Shown: in pieces, positions 17,172-27,118 of the stretch | Numbering within the stretch: the stretch's first letter is position 1 | How the letters are laid out: each line of letters starts with the position of its first letter | NCBI GenBank assembly: GCA_027451825.1 | Contig: DAIDHZ010000001.1 | Location: 96,745-160,744 of the forward strand | From: Chlamydiota bacterium | GTDB taxonomy: Bacteria; Chlamydiota; Chlamydiia; Chlamydiales; SM23-39 | Direction: 5' to 3' | DNA length: 64,000 bases | Made by a program: the position numbers and the translations under genes | The notes under the pieces: generated by a model | Databases searched by the model: none | The model's input: the letters and a program-made list of their open reading frames with translations, nothing else | Told to the model about the DNA's origin: nothing

Positions 17172-18812
17172 GTTGAAATGTCCCCTTTCCGTTAAGTAGA
17201 AATGTCCCCTTTTTGATAAGTGTAAGTTGTTGGTAACCAATAACGAGGCACTTAATGGAAGATCGTATGTCAATGAGCAATAAAGACTTGTATAGATTGG
17301 AAATTTTAACTAAAATCCAAAATAAGCAATTAAAACAATCAAAAGGAGCCAAACTCTTAGAGATAAGCCCTAGACAAATCAAGAGATTGGTTCGTAGATT
17401 GAGACAAGAAGGCCCTAAAGGGGTTATTTCTCGAAAGGTGGGGAAAACCAGCAATAATCGACTGTCCCAGGAACAAACACAACAAATTGTGGAATTTTTC
17501 AAACAAGAGGATCATCGAGATTTCGGTCCTACTTTAGCTTGTGAATACCTCGCTGAACAAGGCTGTAGCATTTCTACAAGTTCTGTAAGGGCGGTCATGA
17601 TCAAAAATGGGCTTTGGACTCCCAATCAAATACCTGAGTTAAAAATACATCCCTTAAGAATTAGAAAAGATAAAAAAGGAGAGCTGATTCAGGTTGATGG
17701 ATCAGAACACGATTGGTTTGAAGGAAGAGGTCCTCGTTGTACGTTATTGGTTTTCATTGACGATGCCAGTAGTGAAACAATGCATCTAAAATTTGTAAAA
17801 TCTGAAAATCTGTTTGATTACTTTAAGGCGACTCGTGAATACATCGAAAAACACGGGAGACCGGAGGCATTTTATTCAGATAAACACGCTGTTTTCAGAG
17901 TGAATCGTAATGAAGCTGTAAGTGGTACTGGGATGACCCAATTTGGTCGTGCAATGCATGAATTGGACATAACTCTTGTTTGCGCAAATTCTCCCCAAGC
18001 AAAAGGGCGCGTTGAAAGGCGCAATCGAGATTTTCAAAATCGTTTAATAAAAGCAATGCGCATAGCCAAGATTAGCGACATCGAAGCTGCCAATGCCTTT
18101 TTACCTTCTTTCCTACAAAAGTTTAATAAACAATTTGCCAAAATTCCAAAAGATCCAAACAACGCACACAGAGCTTTATTGCCTGAACATAATTTGGATA
18201 GAATTTTTTGTGTCAAAGAGACTCGTAAACTATCCAAAAACCTGACTTTATCATACGACAACGTAATCTATCAAATCTTAACGGATCGTCCAGAATACAC
18301 TCTAAAAAACGCGGAAGTGGTGGTCTTAGAAACAGAAGACAATGTCATTTCGATTGAATACAAAGGAACACCTCTTAAAGCTGTGCCTTACCATCGAATG
18401 CAGGCAAGAACGGAAGAAGTCAATGCTAAAGAGCTCATAGAGAGGTTAAATACATTGGCCAAACACAAGGAAAGGTATCGTCCTAATGGCAAACATCCAT
18501 GGAGGCGTTATCAGCGTCGCAAGGTTCTTGTATGACTCTATCTCTCTGAAGGAAATCTTTTTCGGGGGCTGCTCGCCCCCAGACCCTGAGCTCCCGCACT
18601 CGCTATGCTCGTTTGGGCTAGGAAGAGGCATTTTTAAGAAGAAAAGCGAGGGGAAGCCCCTCGCACACCCCAGCCTACCGGCACAAGACTCAATCTTTGG
18701 TATTTAAAGAAACTTCTGTTAAAATCTTATTTAGAAACAAACATGTTTTTCTAATTTTAGATAATTAGGGGACATTTTAACTTAACGCAAAAAGGGGACA
18801 TTTCTACTTAAC
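17172..18812 (+). mobile_element. Insertion sequence (~1.64 kb) encoding an HTH + rve (DDE) transposase
   Basis: Imperfect ~40-bp terminal inverted repeats. Each end carries two copies of (a/t)(g/a)aaatgtcccct: left at 17174-87 and 17198-210, right at 18768-80 and 18795-807. A 25-bp perfect inverted match joins 17191-17215 and 18788-18812. Confidence 0.75.
17255..18535 (+). CDS. Transposase, N-terminal HTH + integrase-core (rve) domain (ISNCY/IS481-like)
   Basis: 426 aa. N-terminal HTH region (LEISPRQIKRLVRRLRQEGPKGVISRKVGKTSNNRLS). Core motifs: QVDGSEHDWFE, LVFIDDASSE, YSDKHAVF, SPQAKGRVERRNRDFQNRL. Confidence 0.85.
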   Translation: MEDRMSMSNKDLYRLEILTKIQNKQLKQSKGAKLLEISPRQIKRLVRRLRQEGPKGVISRKVGKTSNNRLSQEQTQQIVEFFKQEDHRDFGPTLACEYLAEQGCSISTSSVRAVMIKNGLWTPNQIPELKIHPLRIRKDKKGELIQVDGSEHDWFEGRGPRCTLLVFIDDASSETMHLKFVKSENLFDYFKATREYIEKHGRPEAFYSDKHAVFRVNRNEAVSGTGMTQFGRAMHELDITLVCANSPQAKGRVERRNRDFQNRLIKAMRIAKISDIEAANAFLPSFLQKFNKQFAKIPKDPNNAHRALLPEHNLDRIFCVKETRKLSKNLTLSYDNVIYQILTDRPEYTLKNAEVVVLETEDNVISIEYKGTPLKAVPYHRMQARTEEVNAKELIERLNTLAKHKERYRPNGKHPWRRYQRRKVLV

Positions 18813-18901
18813 GCTAACATATTAAAAAGCGCAACTCATTGACAATCAATGATAAATGCAAATTCTTAGATATCACTCCCGGTATACAGTTTTTAAAAAA
18901 T

Positions 18902-21520
18902 TTACAAATGACCAAACAACATAGGCCAGTACTTCTTTCTCGCTGTTTCTACAACAAAACTCACAGCGGCAGGGATCAAAACAATGAACCAATCATTCAA
19001 AGATAAAGCCGTTGTATAAAACAATCCTTGAAATAAAGGAACATATACAATCAGCATGTGCAACAGAGCAGCAATCCCAATCGAAGCAATAAGAGGTACA
19101 TTCGTAAAGAAACCAAGCTGTTTTAAAGTGAATACCGAAGAGCGCAAATGAAGAGCCATCGTCCATTCAAAAACAACAAGGCAAGAAAGCACCATCGTTC
19201 TTGTTTTCTCTATAGAAAGAGAAGACAATCCATAAAGAAAGACAAAAACAGAACCCAGCCCTAACAAAAGAGCTAAAAAACTAATCCGATACGCCATTTT
19301 CCGAGAAATCAATTTCGATTCCGGATGTCGAGGAGGCATCTGCATTTCAGTCCCACTTTTTTCTTCAAACCCTAAAGGGATCGCGATCAATGAACCTGAA
19401 ATCAAATTCACCCAAAGAATCTGCAAGGGCAAAATCGGCGCAAGCCCCGTGAGAGAAACATTGAGAATTAAACCGATAAGCTCTCCAAAACAAGTCATCA
19501 GAAAAAAAGAGCAAATGTTTTGCAATCTAGAAAAAATAGATCTTCCCTCTTCAATAGCCGAAACAATGGTATCAAAACGATCATCTGCCAAAATCATGTC
19601 AGCCGATTCTTTGGCAACATCAGTTCCTGTAATTCCCATGGCAATTCCAATATTTGCAGCCTCTAAAGCCGGAGCATCGTTCACACCGTCTCCCGTCATC
19701 GCAACCACATGGCCTAATTTCTGAAACTCTTTGACTAATTTCAATTTATGAGAGGGTTCTACCCGTGCAAACACAGAGGTTTCTTGCAATACATCCCTTA
19801 AAGAATCTTCCTGCAAAAATTCTAAATCTTCTCCTGTCACAACATGATCTGATGAAATACCAAGCTCTTCTGCGATGGCTGCCGCTGTCATCGGATTATC
19901 TCCGGTCATCATCACCACTCGAATCTCCGCCATTTTACACGACTCAATCGACTGAATGACCTCTTTTCTTGGAGGATCAATCATCCCAAACATTCCCGCA
20001 AAAATAAGATGATTTGAAAAACTCTCTTCTTTCAACTCAAAGGGTTTCTCACTTTCTAAATACGCAACAGCAATCAAACGAAGCGCTCGATTTGTCATCT
20101 CTTGAATCGCAAGATCGATCTTTTTTCTTTCATTTTCCTCAAAAGCGATCACTTGAGATCCCGACAAAACAAAACGGCTCATGGATAAAATCGTTTCAGG
20201 AGCTCCTTTCACACAAATTAAAAAACGGCCCTGATCCTTATGAAGAGTCGCCATATAACAATTTTCACTGATAAAAGGAATCTCTGCTCTTCTTTGAAAT
20301 TTCTGTCTTAAAAGAGAAAGGTCCTCTCCTAAATAAAGAGCCGCCTCTAAAATCGCGATTTCCGTCGGATCTCCCATAAATTCAAAAGAAGTTCCTTTAT
20401 GAACAAAGTGAGCATCATTGCAAAGAACTCCAATCTTCAATACTTGATGAAGCGTCTCTTTTTGAAAAGGAACATGTTGAATCTGTCCATTGACAAAAAT
20501 CGATTTCACAGTCATCTGATTCTGAGTCAAGGTACCCGTTTTATCCGAACAGATGAGAGTTGTCGCACCTAAAGTCTCAACAGAGCTCAATTTACGAATA
20601 ATGGCGTTTTTTTTAGCCATGAGACGCACACCATTTGCAAAGGTGATCGTAAATGCGGCAGGAAGACCTTCCGGAATTGCAGAAATCGCAGCTGCAACTG
20701 CTAAAAAAATCACATCAAGCCATTGCATCCCTCGATACAAACTGATCAAAGCTATCAAAGAAACGATCACTCCAATCGCAAGAAGCATCCAATACCCAAT
20801 CGACTGAATATTTTTTTGTAAAGGAGTTGTCTGAGGTTGAATCTCGTGAAGACTTTTTGCAATACGTCCAATCTGAGTCGACATTCCCGTGCTTGTCACA
20901 ACAGCTTTTGCCTTTCCTCGAACAACCACCGTCCCTGCATACACCATATTCTTTCGATCAAATACAGATGCAGGACGATCTATTGTTTGCATCGTTTTCT
21001 CACAAGGCAAAGATTCTCCTGTCAACATCGCCTCTTTTGTCATCAACTCACGAACATCAATCAATCGAGCATCTGCAGGAATAGTATCTCCGATTTCTAA
21101 AAAAATGATGTCTCCCGGAACTAAAAATTCCGATAAAACCACTTGGATTTTACCATCTCTTTTCACCTTCGATTTATGAGCTGCAAGCTTTCTTAAAGAA
21201 GCAATGGATTTTTCAGCTTTCATCTCCTGAAAAAAGCCGATCATCCCCATGAAAAACACGGTTGCAAAAAGCACGATCCCGTCAACAACGCCTTGCGTAA
21301 ACAATTTCAAAATAGCAGCAACGATCAAAATCAAAACAAAGGGCGTGAAAAACTGCTGAAAAAAAATATTCCAAAGGGAGCGATCCTTAAATGTCCCCAA
21401 TTGATTCAGCCCTTCCGTTTTAAGCCGCTCCTTTGCAAAATCACTCTTTAAACCATCTTCATTGCTCTGAAGCAAAAAAAGAGTTTCATCAATCGATTTT
21501 AAATACCAGCCATCTTCCAT
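18902..21520 (-). CDS. P-type cation-transporting ATPase (P2, Ca2+/Mg2+-type)
   Basis: Motifs TGES, ICSDKTGTLT, MTGDNPMTA and MTGDGVNDAPAL, with about 10 TM segments. 872 aa. Confidence 0.9.
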   Translation of the reverse strand: MEDGWYLKSIDETLFLLQSNEDGLKSDFAKERLKTEGLNQLGTFKDRSLWNIFFQQFFTPFVLILIVAAILKLFTQGVVDGIVLFATVFFMGMIGFFQEMKAEKSIASLRKLAAHKSKVKRDGKIQVVLSEFLVPGDIIFLEIGDTIPADARLIDVRELMTKEAMLTGESLPCEKTMQTIDRPASVFDRKNMVYAGTVVVRGKAKAVVTSTGMSTQIGRIAKSLHEIQPQTTPLQKNIQSIGYWMLLAIGVIVSLIALISLYRGMQWLDVIFLAVAAAISAIPEGLPAAFTITFANGVRLMAKKNAIIRKLSSVETLGATTLICSDKTGTLTQNQMTVKSIFVNGQIQHVPFQKETLHQVLKIGVLCNDAHFVHKGTSFEFMGDPTEIAILEAALYLGEDLSLLRQKFQRRAEIPFISENCYMATLHKDQGRFLICVKGAPETILSMSRFVLSGSQVIAFEENERKKIDLAIQEMTNRALRLIAVAYLESEKPFELKEESFSNHLIFAGMFGMIDPPRKEVIQSIESCKMAEIRVVMMTGDNPMTAAAIAEELGISSDHVVTGEDLEFLQEDSLRDVLQETSVFARVEPSHKLKLVKEFQKLGHVVAMTGDGVNDAPALEAANIGIAMGITGTDVAKESADMILADDRFDTIVSAIEEGRSIFSRLQNICSFFLMTCFGELIGLILNVSLTGLAPILPLQILWVNLISGSLIAIPLGFEEKSGTEMQMPPRHPESKLISRKMAYRISFLALLLGLGSVFVFLYGLSSLSIEKTRTMVLSCLVVFEWTMALHLRSSVFTLKQLGFFTNVPLIASIGIAALLHMLIVYVPLFQGLFYTTALSLNDWFIVLIPAAVSFVVETARKKYWPMLFGHL

Positions 21521-21706
21521 AATCTACTCGATATCTACCCAGGATATTTCACACAAGAAATTTTATATTTTCATTTTTAGCGTCTTCGCAACTTGGTCTT
21601 TGCGTTATAATCAAATCAAACATTGGATTTTACCGAGATTGGGACTCATAGAAATGGTTAAATCTTCGAGAGCTACAGCCAAGGCAACATGAAAGTCAAG
21701 ATACAC

Positions 21707-21852
21707 CTAACACACCTGATGTACCTGATACGCTTGATAAATTCGTTCCAAAAAGCCGGGGCCTAACTCCTTCATCACCTCAAAACAACATCCCAAAATA
21801 GTCCTTGTTAATGCGGGTTGTGGTAACTCTCTTTTATTTTTTTCATCATGCG
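21707..21852 (-). pseudogene. Remnant of a GxxExxY-family protein gene
   Basis: The minus-strand frame reads ...TRTILGCCFEVMKELGPGFLERIYQAYQV then a stop. This matches the N-terminal consensus (IIGaaieVhreLGPGlLEsvYe.al). The candidate ATG-ATG start is in another frame and the C-terminal half is missing. Confidence 0.4.
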
Positions 21853-22165
21853 TATCAAGCATATCTTGTTCATCTTGTTTTGACGTTGCCGCACTTCAGA
21901 CTTAAGGAAGCGCAGATTGCAGGAGCTTCAACAAGTCTAAATTTGTCTCTTACGAGAGTTTTTGTCATTCCAATGCGAGAGTGGCAAGCGTCAGCTGAAC
22001 CCGTTAAATTCATACGGACATTATGACGTCAAGTGAAATTTTTATGCATCAAATTTTTGATTCGCTTCCGTGCATCATCCATGGCAACATTCATCTTGCT
22101 ATTAACCCGGCAGGCACTCACTTATTTGCCTGCCGGGTTAATAATATTTTCAAACTCCCTTTATA

Positions 22166-22326
22166 TACCGAAAAAAATTCAAGAATCGGTTTTGGGCGGT
22201 GTCGGCTTTATCTCAAAATTCGGATTCTCACTCGTGCCTTGCCCATTGGGCAATGGTCACTCGCTCCGAATGCAAATTTTGAGAAGCCTCCTTGCCCAAT
22301 TCCCGATTCTTGAATCATTTTCGGTA
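22166..22326. mobile_element. MITE copy B (161 bp), TA-flanked
   Basis: TIRs taccgaaaaaaattcaagaatcgg / ccgattcttgaatcattttcggta, with TA at 22164-65 and 22327-28. Confidence 0.8.
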
Positions 22327-22415
22327 TACATTCCAAATTCAAACAAAAATAACATTTTATTAATGTTCATTAAACTGTATAATTACAACAAACAAACTCT
22401 AATAATAGATTAAAA

Positions 22416-23333
22416 ATGACAGCCACAGTTTCATACATAAAAAAATTTAATTTACCTTCTATAGATCAAATTTCTAACAAAAATTTGATTATCACCGCCC
22501 TTGGAGCCTTAGCCGTATTAGGAGGAGTAGGAATAGCAGCAAGATATTTAATGCAACCCTATCAGGGCAAAGATGAATGGGATTATCGATTGTTCCTAAC
22601 AACCAATGAAAAAGGCCAAGAAGCAACTCTTGATCGATTGAGCAAAGAACCCCGCTCCGGAAATACAATCATGGGAGTATCCGGATTCTTTGTATTCAAT
22701 GCTGCTGCTGCAAGAACACAACCGGACGATCTTTCCATTCTACTCGTTGACTGTAGTAAAAGGGTTGAATTCTTTTGGAAAAACATCCTTCCAAAACTTC
22801 AAAGAGCCAATGACCGCATCGATGCAATGACCTGCATATGCAATGAATTAACAAGCAATGCAAATAGATACTACCACCCTGAAGAAGTTTCAAAATTTAC
22901 AGCAGTCAATGGTCAAATACAAGAAGCAAAACCGGAAGATCCTAAACAAGAAAGACTCACTCCGGATCTTTTTGTGCGAGGTTCTGTCATTCCATCTTTA
23001 ATGAATGAAGTCCGTAACGGATCGAGTTGGTTATCTACGGATGAAAAATTCAAAAAAATTCAAAAGATTTTCAATGAAAAGAGATTTCATTTTAAGCTTA
23101 TTGATTTATTAAATCCTAAATCAGCTCAAGAACTCAAAGAGTTCGCCAAAAAACATCAGCTAACAATCGATACTTTGTATTTTTCAAATGTATTCTCTCC
23201 TATCTATAATTACGCAACATCTGAAGAAAGCCTTCAAAATCGTCATGCCCTCATTCAAGAACTTAGCTCTCGAGGGACAATCATCATCGAAGCCAATGAT
23301 CTAGAGCGGAATCAGACAATATACATAAAATGA
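22416..23333 (+). CDS. Hypothetical membrane-anchored protein
   Basis: 305-aa ORF with one N-terminal TM segment (LIITALGALAVLGGVGIAA). No recognised motif. Its last 4 codons and stop codon lie inside MITE copy C. Confidence 0.55.
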   Translation: MTATVSYIKKFNLPSIDQISNKNLIITALGALAVLGGVGIAARYLMQPYQGKDEWDYRLFLTTNEKGQEATLDRLSKEPRSGNTIMGVSGFFVFNAAAARTQPDDLSILLVDCSKRVEFFWKNILPKLQRANDRIDAMTCICNELTSNANRYYHPEEVSKFTAVNGQIQEAKPEDPKQERLTPDLFVRGSVIPSLMNEVRNGSSWLSTDEKFKKIQKIFNEKRFHFKLIDLLNPKSAQELKEFAKKHQLTIDTLYFSNVFSPIYNYATSEESLQNRHALIQELSSRGTIIIEANDLERNQTIYIK

Positions 23334-23448
23334 TTCAAGAATCGGGAAATGGAGGACGAAGCATTGCTTCGCCTAAAATAGCGAGTTTCTCGCCATTGGG
23401 CAAGGAAGCCGACACCGCCCAAAACCGATTCTTGAATCTTTTTCGGTA
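23322..23448. mobile_element. MITE copy C (127 bp, internally deleted variant, opposite orientation)
   Basis: TIRs tacataaaatgattcaagaatcgg (2 substitutions) / ccgattcttgaatctttttcggta, with TA at 23320-21 and 23449-50. Its interior matches the right-hand module of copy E. Confidence 0.75.
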
Positions 23449-23518
23449 TAGAAATTGTTTGATTGCAAAAAAACCGTCTTATTGCAAAATGCAAATTATA
23501 AATTAAAAAGACCGACTC

Positions 23519-24343
23519 ATGAAACATTTCATTTTCGCCGCTCTTCTTATAGCCTCTATAATTGGAACGCTCTTCTACCTATTTCAGCCGAAAGAAAATC
23601 CTCATCTCCTCACTCTTTATGGCAATGTCGACGTCCGCTTAGTCGATATTGGGTTTCGAGTTCAAGGACAAGTCAACGAACTCTTTTTTGAAGAAGGAGA
23701 ATTTGTCAAGCAAGGGACTCTATTAACCACTCTTGATAAAACACCATATGACAGCAAACTCAATCAGGCAATCGCCACTTTAGAAGCGCTCAAAGCCAAC
23801 CTCATCAACGCCGAAATTCTTTTGGAAAGACGCAAAGAACTCATTGGGGTTGGAGGCGTCTCTCAAGAAGATTTAGACAATGCAAAAGCAAAAAGAGACG
23901 AAGCCATGTCAGCAGTGATTGGCGCAGAAGCCAATGTCAATGTTGCCTTAGATGATCTCAAATACACAGAGGCCTATGCTCCGAATGACGGAATCATCTT
24001 AACAAGAGTCAGAGAACCGGGCTCCGTTGTCAATCCAACCGATCCCGTTTATACACTCTCTTTAAGTTGCCCTATCTGGATCCGTGCCTATGTAGCGGAA
24101 CCGGATCTTGGGAAAGTCAAATATGGCATGAAAGCCAAAGTCTTGACTGATTTAAAAAATGGTCCTGTCTATACAGGATATGTAGGCTTTATTTCTCCCA
24201 TTGCCGAATTTACCCCCAAAACCGTCCAAACAACAGAGCTTAGAACAGATCTTGTCTACCGTCTTCGAATCTATATCGACAATCCCGATCAAATCCTCAA
24301 ACAAGGAATGCCTGTAACAGTAAAACTCGCAGTTGATCCATGA
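23519..24343 (+). CDS. HlyD-family membrane fusion protein (YbhG-like)
   Basis: N-terminal TM segment, a coiled-coil hairpin, and lipoyl/beta-barrel motifs (YTEAYAPNDGIILTR ... GMPVTVKL). Confidence 0.8.
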   Translation: MKHFIFAALLIASIIGTLFYLFQPKENPHLLTLYGNVDVRLVDIGFRVQGQVNELFFEEGEFVKQGTLLTTLDKTPYDSKLNQAIATLEALKANLINAEILLERRKELIGVGGVSQEDLDNAKAKRDEAMSAVIGAEANVNVALDDLKYTEAYAPNDGIILTRVREPGSVVNPTDPVYTLSLSCPIWIRAYVAEPDLGKVKYGMKAKVLTDLKNGPVYTGYVGFISPIAEFTPKTVQTTELRTDLVYRLRIYIDNPDQILKQGMPVTVKLAVDP

Positions 24344-26007
24344 TTGAGATTCAAAACGTCTCTCATCGATTTTCTTCTTCTCTACCGCTTGTTCTCGACA
24401 ATATCAACGTCTCTTTACCGGAAGGAAAACTCATCGGACTTGTAGGTCCCGATGGAGCCGGAAAAACAACTCTTTTGCGTCTCTTAGCTGGACTTCTTCT
24501 TCCAACGTCCGGAAAAATTCTGATATCCGGACTCAATACCATAGAAAATCAAGAACAAATTTCCTCCCTCATTGGATACATGCCTCAAAAATTTGGTCTT
24601 TATGAAGATTTGAGCGTCATTGAAAATCTAGAATTATATGCCAACTTAAGAGGAATAGATCCTTCTCAAAAACAAAAAACATTTGATAAACTACTCTCAT
24701 TTAGCAATTTATCTCCTTTCACTCAAAGACTTGCAAGAAACCTATCCGGAGGCATGAAACAAAAATTAGGACTTGCCTGCGCTCTGATTAAAACGCCCAA
24801 AATTCTTCTTCTTGATGAGCCCAGTGTCGGAGTCGATCCTATCTCTCGAAAAGACCTATGGGACATGGTCACTCAACTCCTCGATGGACATCTCACCATT
24901 CTTTGGAGCACCGCCTATCTCGATGAAGCTACAAAATGCGATACCACTCTTCTTCTCAATGTTGGGAAACTCCAATTTTTTGGGCTTCCTCAAGATCTCA
25001 CAAATCAAGTGAAGGACCATGTTTTTAAAATAGAAAACGTATCCGATAAACGAAACACTTTAAAAACCATCATCAAAGAAGAAAATATCCTCGATGCCGT
25101 TTTAGAAGGAAACGACATTCGACTGATCGTGAAAAATCCAAAGACAATCCAAGATCCTTCTTTTCAAAAAACAGAACCTCGTTTTGAGGATGCTTTTGTT
25201 CATCTTCTCGGGGGCATGTGCACACGCGAATCTCAATTTGCAAACATTCTTCCCAAAATCCAAGAATTGAAACAGTTTCCAATTACCGCTCAAAATCTCA
25301 CAAAAGCATTTGATCACTTCATTGCTGCTCAAGATGTTTCTTTTCAAGTTGCCAAAGGAGAAATCTTTGGGCTTTTAGGACCAAATGGGGCCGGGAAATC
25401 AACAACATTCAGAATGCTTTCTGGACTTTTAACTCCAACACAAGGAAGAGCCTTCATCAATGAAATTGAAATGGAAAAATTCCCAAACATTGCCAAATCC
25501 TACATTGGTTATATGGCGCAAAAATTTTCACTCTATGGATCTTTAACCGTCAAACAGAATCTCCTTTTTTTTTCAGGAGCTTATAACATCAAAAATCCCA
25601 AAGAAAATATCCAAAAAATGATCGATATGTTTGCTCTTTCTCCTTATCTCAATGAACCTGCGGATCAAATTCCTTTAGGATTTAAACAAAAACTCTCTCT
25701 TGCAATCGCAACCATGCACTTCCCGGATATTTTATTTTTAGATGAGCCCACTTCCGGCATGGACCCCATTGCAAGAAGAGAATTCTGGATGCATGCCAAT
25801 GAACTCGCAAGCCAAGGACGCACAATAATGGTCACGACACATTTTATGGAAGAAGCTGAAAACTGCGATCGAATTGCTCTCCTCTACCGAGGCAAAGTCA
25901 TTCACTTAGGGACCTCTAATGAATTAAAAGAGCTCACACAATCAACTTCCTTAGACGAAACTTTTGTCAAACTCATTCGAGAATACGATGCAGCACACCC
26001 CCTTTAG
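24340..26007 (+). CDS. ABC transporter ATP-binding protein with two fused NBDs (YbhF-like)
   Basis: Two Walker A sites (GPDGAGKTT, GPNGAGKST), two LSGG-like signatures and two Walker B sites (LLLDEPS, LFLDEPT). Its start overlaps the upstream stop codon (ATGA). Confidence 0.9.
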   Translation: MIEIQNVSHRFSSSLPLVLDNINVSLPEGKLIGLVGPDGAGKTTLLRLLAGLLLPTSGKILISGLNTIENQEQISSLIGYMPQKFGLYEDLSVIENLELYANLRGIDPSQKQKTFDKLLSFSNLSPFTQRLARNLSGGMKQKLGLACALIKTPKILLLDEPSVGVDPISRKDLWDMVTQLLDGHLTILWSTAYLDEATKCDTTLLLNVGKLQFFGLPQDLTNQVKDHVFKIENVSDKRNTLKTIIKEENILDAVLEGNDIRLIVKNPKTIQDPSFQKTEPRFEDAFVHLLGGMCTRESQFANILPKIQELKQFPITAQNLTKAFDHFIAAQDVSFQVAKGEIFGLLGPNGAGKSTTFRMLSGLLTPTQGRAFINEIEMEKFPNIAKSYIGYMAQKFSLYGSLTVKQNLLFFSGAYNIKNPKENIQKMIDMFALSPYLNEPADQIPLGFKQKLSLAIATMHFPDILFLDEPTSGMDPIARREFWMHANELASQGRTIMVTTHFMEEAENCDRIALLYRGKVIHLGTSNELKELTQSTSLDETFVKLIREYDAAHPL

Positions 26008-27118
26008 TATCAGACGAGTCAGAGCTCTTGTGCGTAAAGAGTTTTTACAAATTCTAAGAGATCCAAGCAGTATTCTCATTAGTGTTTTAATCCCACTTCT
26101 TCTTCTTTTTCTTTATGGATACGGCGTTTCTTTAGATTTAAATCATCTCAAACTAGGCCTTGTGATGGAAGACACATCTCCTGATGCTCAAAACTTTGCA
26201 AAGTGTCTTTTTAATTCACCCTATTTTGATGTGGAAGTTTCTCGAGAAAGAGACTCTCTTTATCAAAAACTAGAAAAAGGCTCCATTCGAGGCGTCGTTG
26301 TGATTCCATCTTATTTTTCACAATTTCTACAAGACAAAAACCAAATTGCGCCCATCCAAGTCATTGCCGACGGAAGTGAAGTCAACACTGCTAATTTCGT
26401 TCAATATTATCTACAAGGCGCTTTTGAAACATTCATTGCCCAAGAAGCAATCCAAGGATCGCCGGAGATATCTCTCATCCAACCTCTCCCAAGATTTTGG
26501 TACAATGAACAGTTAGAGAGCCGTTTTTTTCTTCTCTCCGGATCTCTTGCCATCATCATGACACTCATTGGAGCTCTTTTAACAGCGCTTGTCGTTGCAA
26601 GAGAATGGGAAAGAGGCACTATGGAAGCGCTCCTTGCGACAGAAGTGACAAAAGAAGAGCTCATTTTAAGTAAAGTACTCCCCTACTTCATCCTAGGGAT
26701 TTTCTCAATGATCCTTTGCAGCTTAGTGTCGACCCTCTATTATGGGCTCCCTTTCCGAGGATCTAGTTTCGCTCTTTTATTTTCTTCGTCTTGCTTTTTA
26801 TTGTCCTCTTTAGGGCTCGGCCTTTTAATCTCCACTTTATCCAAAGTTCAAGTCGTAGCTTCGCAAATCACTTTAATGCTTGCATTTCTACCTGCCTATA
26901 TTTTGTCCGGTTTTCTTTTTGAAATTTCCAGCATGCCCCTCTTCATCCGTTTTTTAACCTATCTCATGCCGGCTAGATATTTTGTTCAAAATTTACAAAC
27001 TCTATTTTTAGTTGGAAACGTTTGGCATCTCACTTTATATAACAATTGCATCATGCTTCTTTTTGCGTTGGTTGTTTTTTTCATCACCATTAAAATCACC
27101 AAAAAAAGGCTGGTATAA
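25988..27118 (+). CDS. ABC-2 type permease (YbhS-like)
   Basis: Six TM segments with a large first periplasmic loop. The ATG at 25988 is preferred over the TTG at 25964. Confidence 0.8.
   Translation: MQHTPFSIRRVRALVRKEFLQILRDPSSILISVLIPLLLLFLYGYGVSLDLNHLKLGLVMEDTSPDAQNFAKCLFNSPYFDVEVSRERDSLYQKLEKGSIRGVVVIPSYFSQFLQDKNQIAPIQVIADGSEVNTANFVQYYLQGAFETFIAQEAIQGSPEISLIQPLPRFWYNEQLESRFFLLSGSLAIIMTLIGALLTALVVAREWERGTMEALLATEVTKEELILSKVLPYFILGIFSMILCSLVSTLYYGLPFRGSSFALLFSSSCFLLSSLGLGLLISTLSKVQVVASQITLMLAFLPAYILSGFLFEISSMPLFIRFLTYLMPARYFVQNLQTLFLVGNVWHLTLYNNCIMLLFALVVFFITIKITKKRLV

Noticed and set aside
17095-17502. A 135-aa minus-strand ORF
   Set aside because: It crosses the IS left inverted repeat and lies antisense to the transposase 5' region. 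Its composition is AT-rich and low-complexity.
17159-18830. A possible target-site duplication (attaaaa) flanking the rve-type IS
   Set aside because: Using it as the duplication would give termini of unequal length relative to the inverted repeats. In this AT-rich context a 7-mer match is not significant.
22023-22413. Overlapping ORFs of 96 and 126 aa
   Set aside because: They run straight through MITE copy B and the orphan hairpin. Their 'conserved' peptide (KIQESVLGGVGF...) recurs wherever the MITE occurs (also ORFs 23312..23527 and 48843..49088). This is repeat sequence, not a gene.
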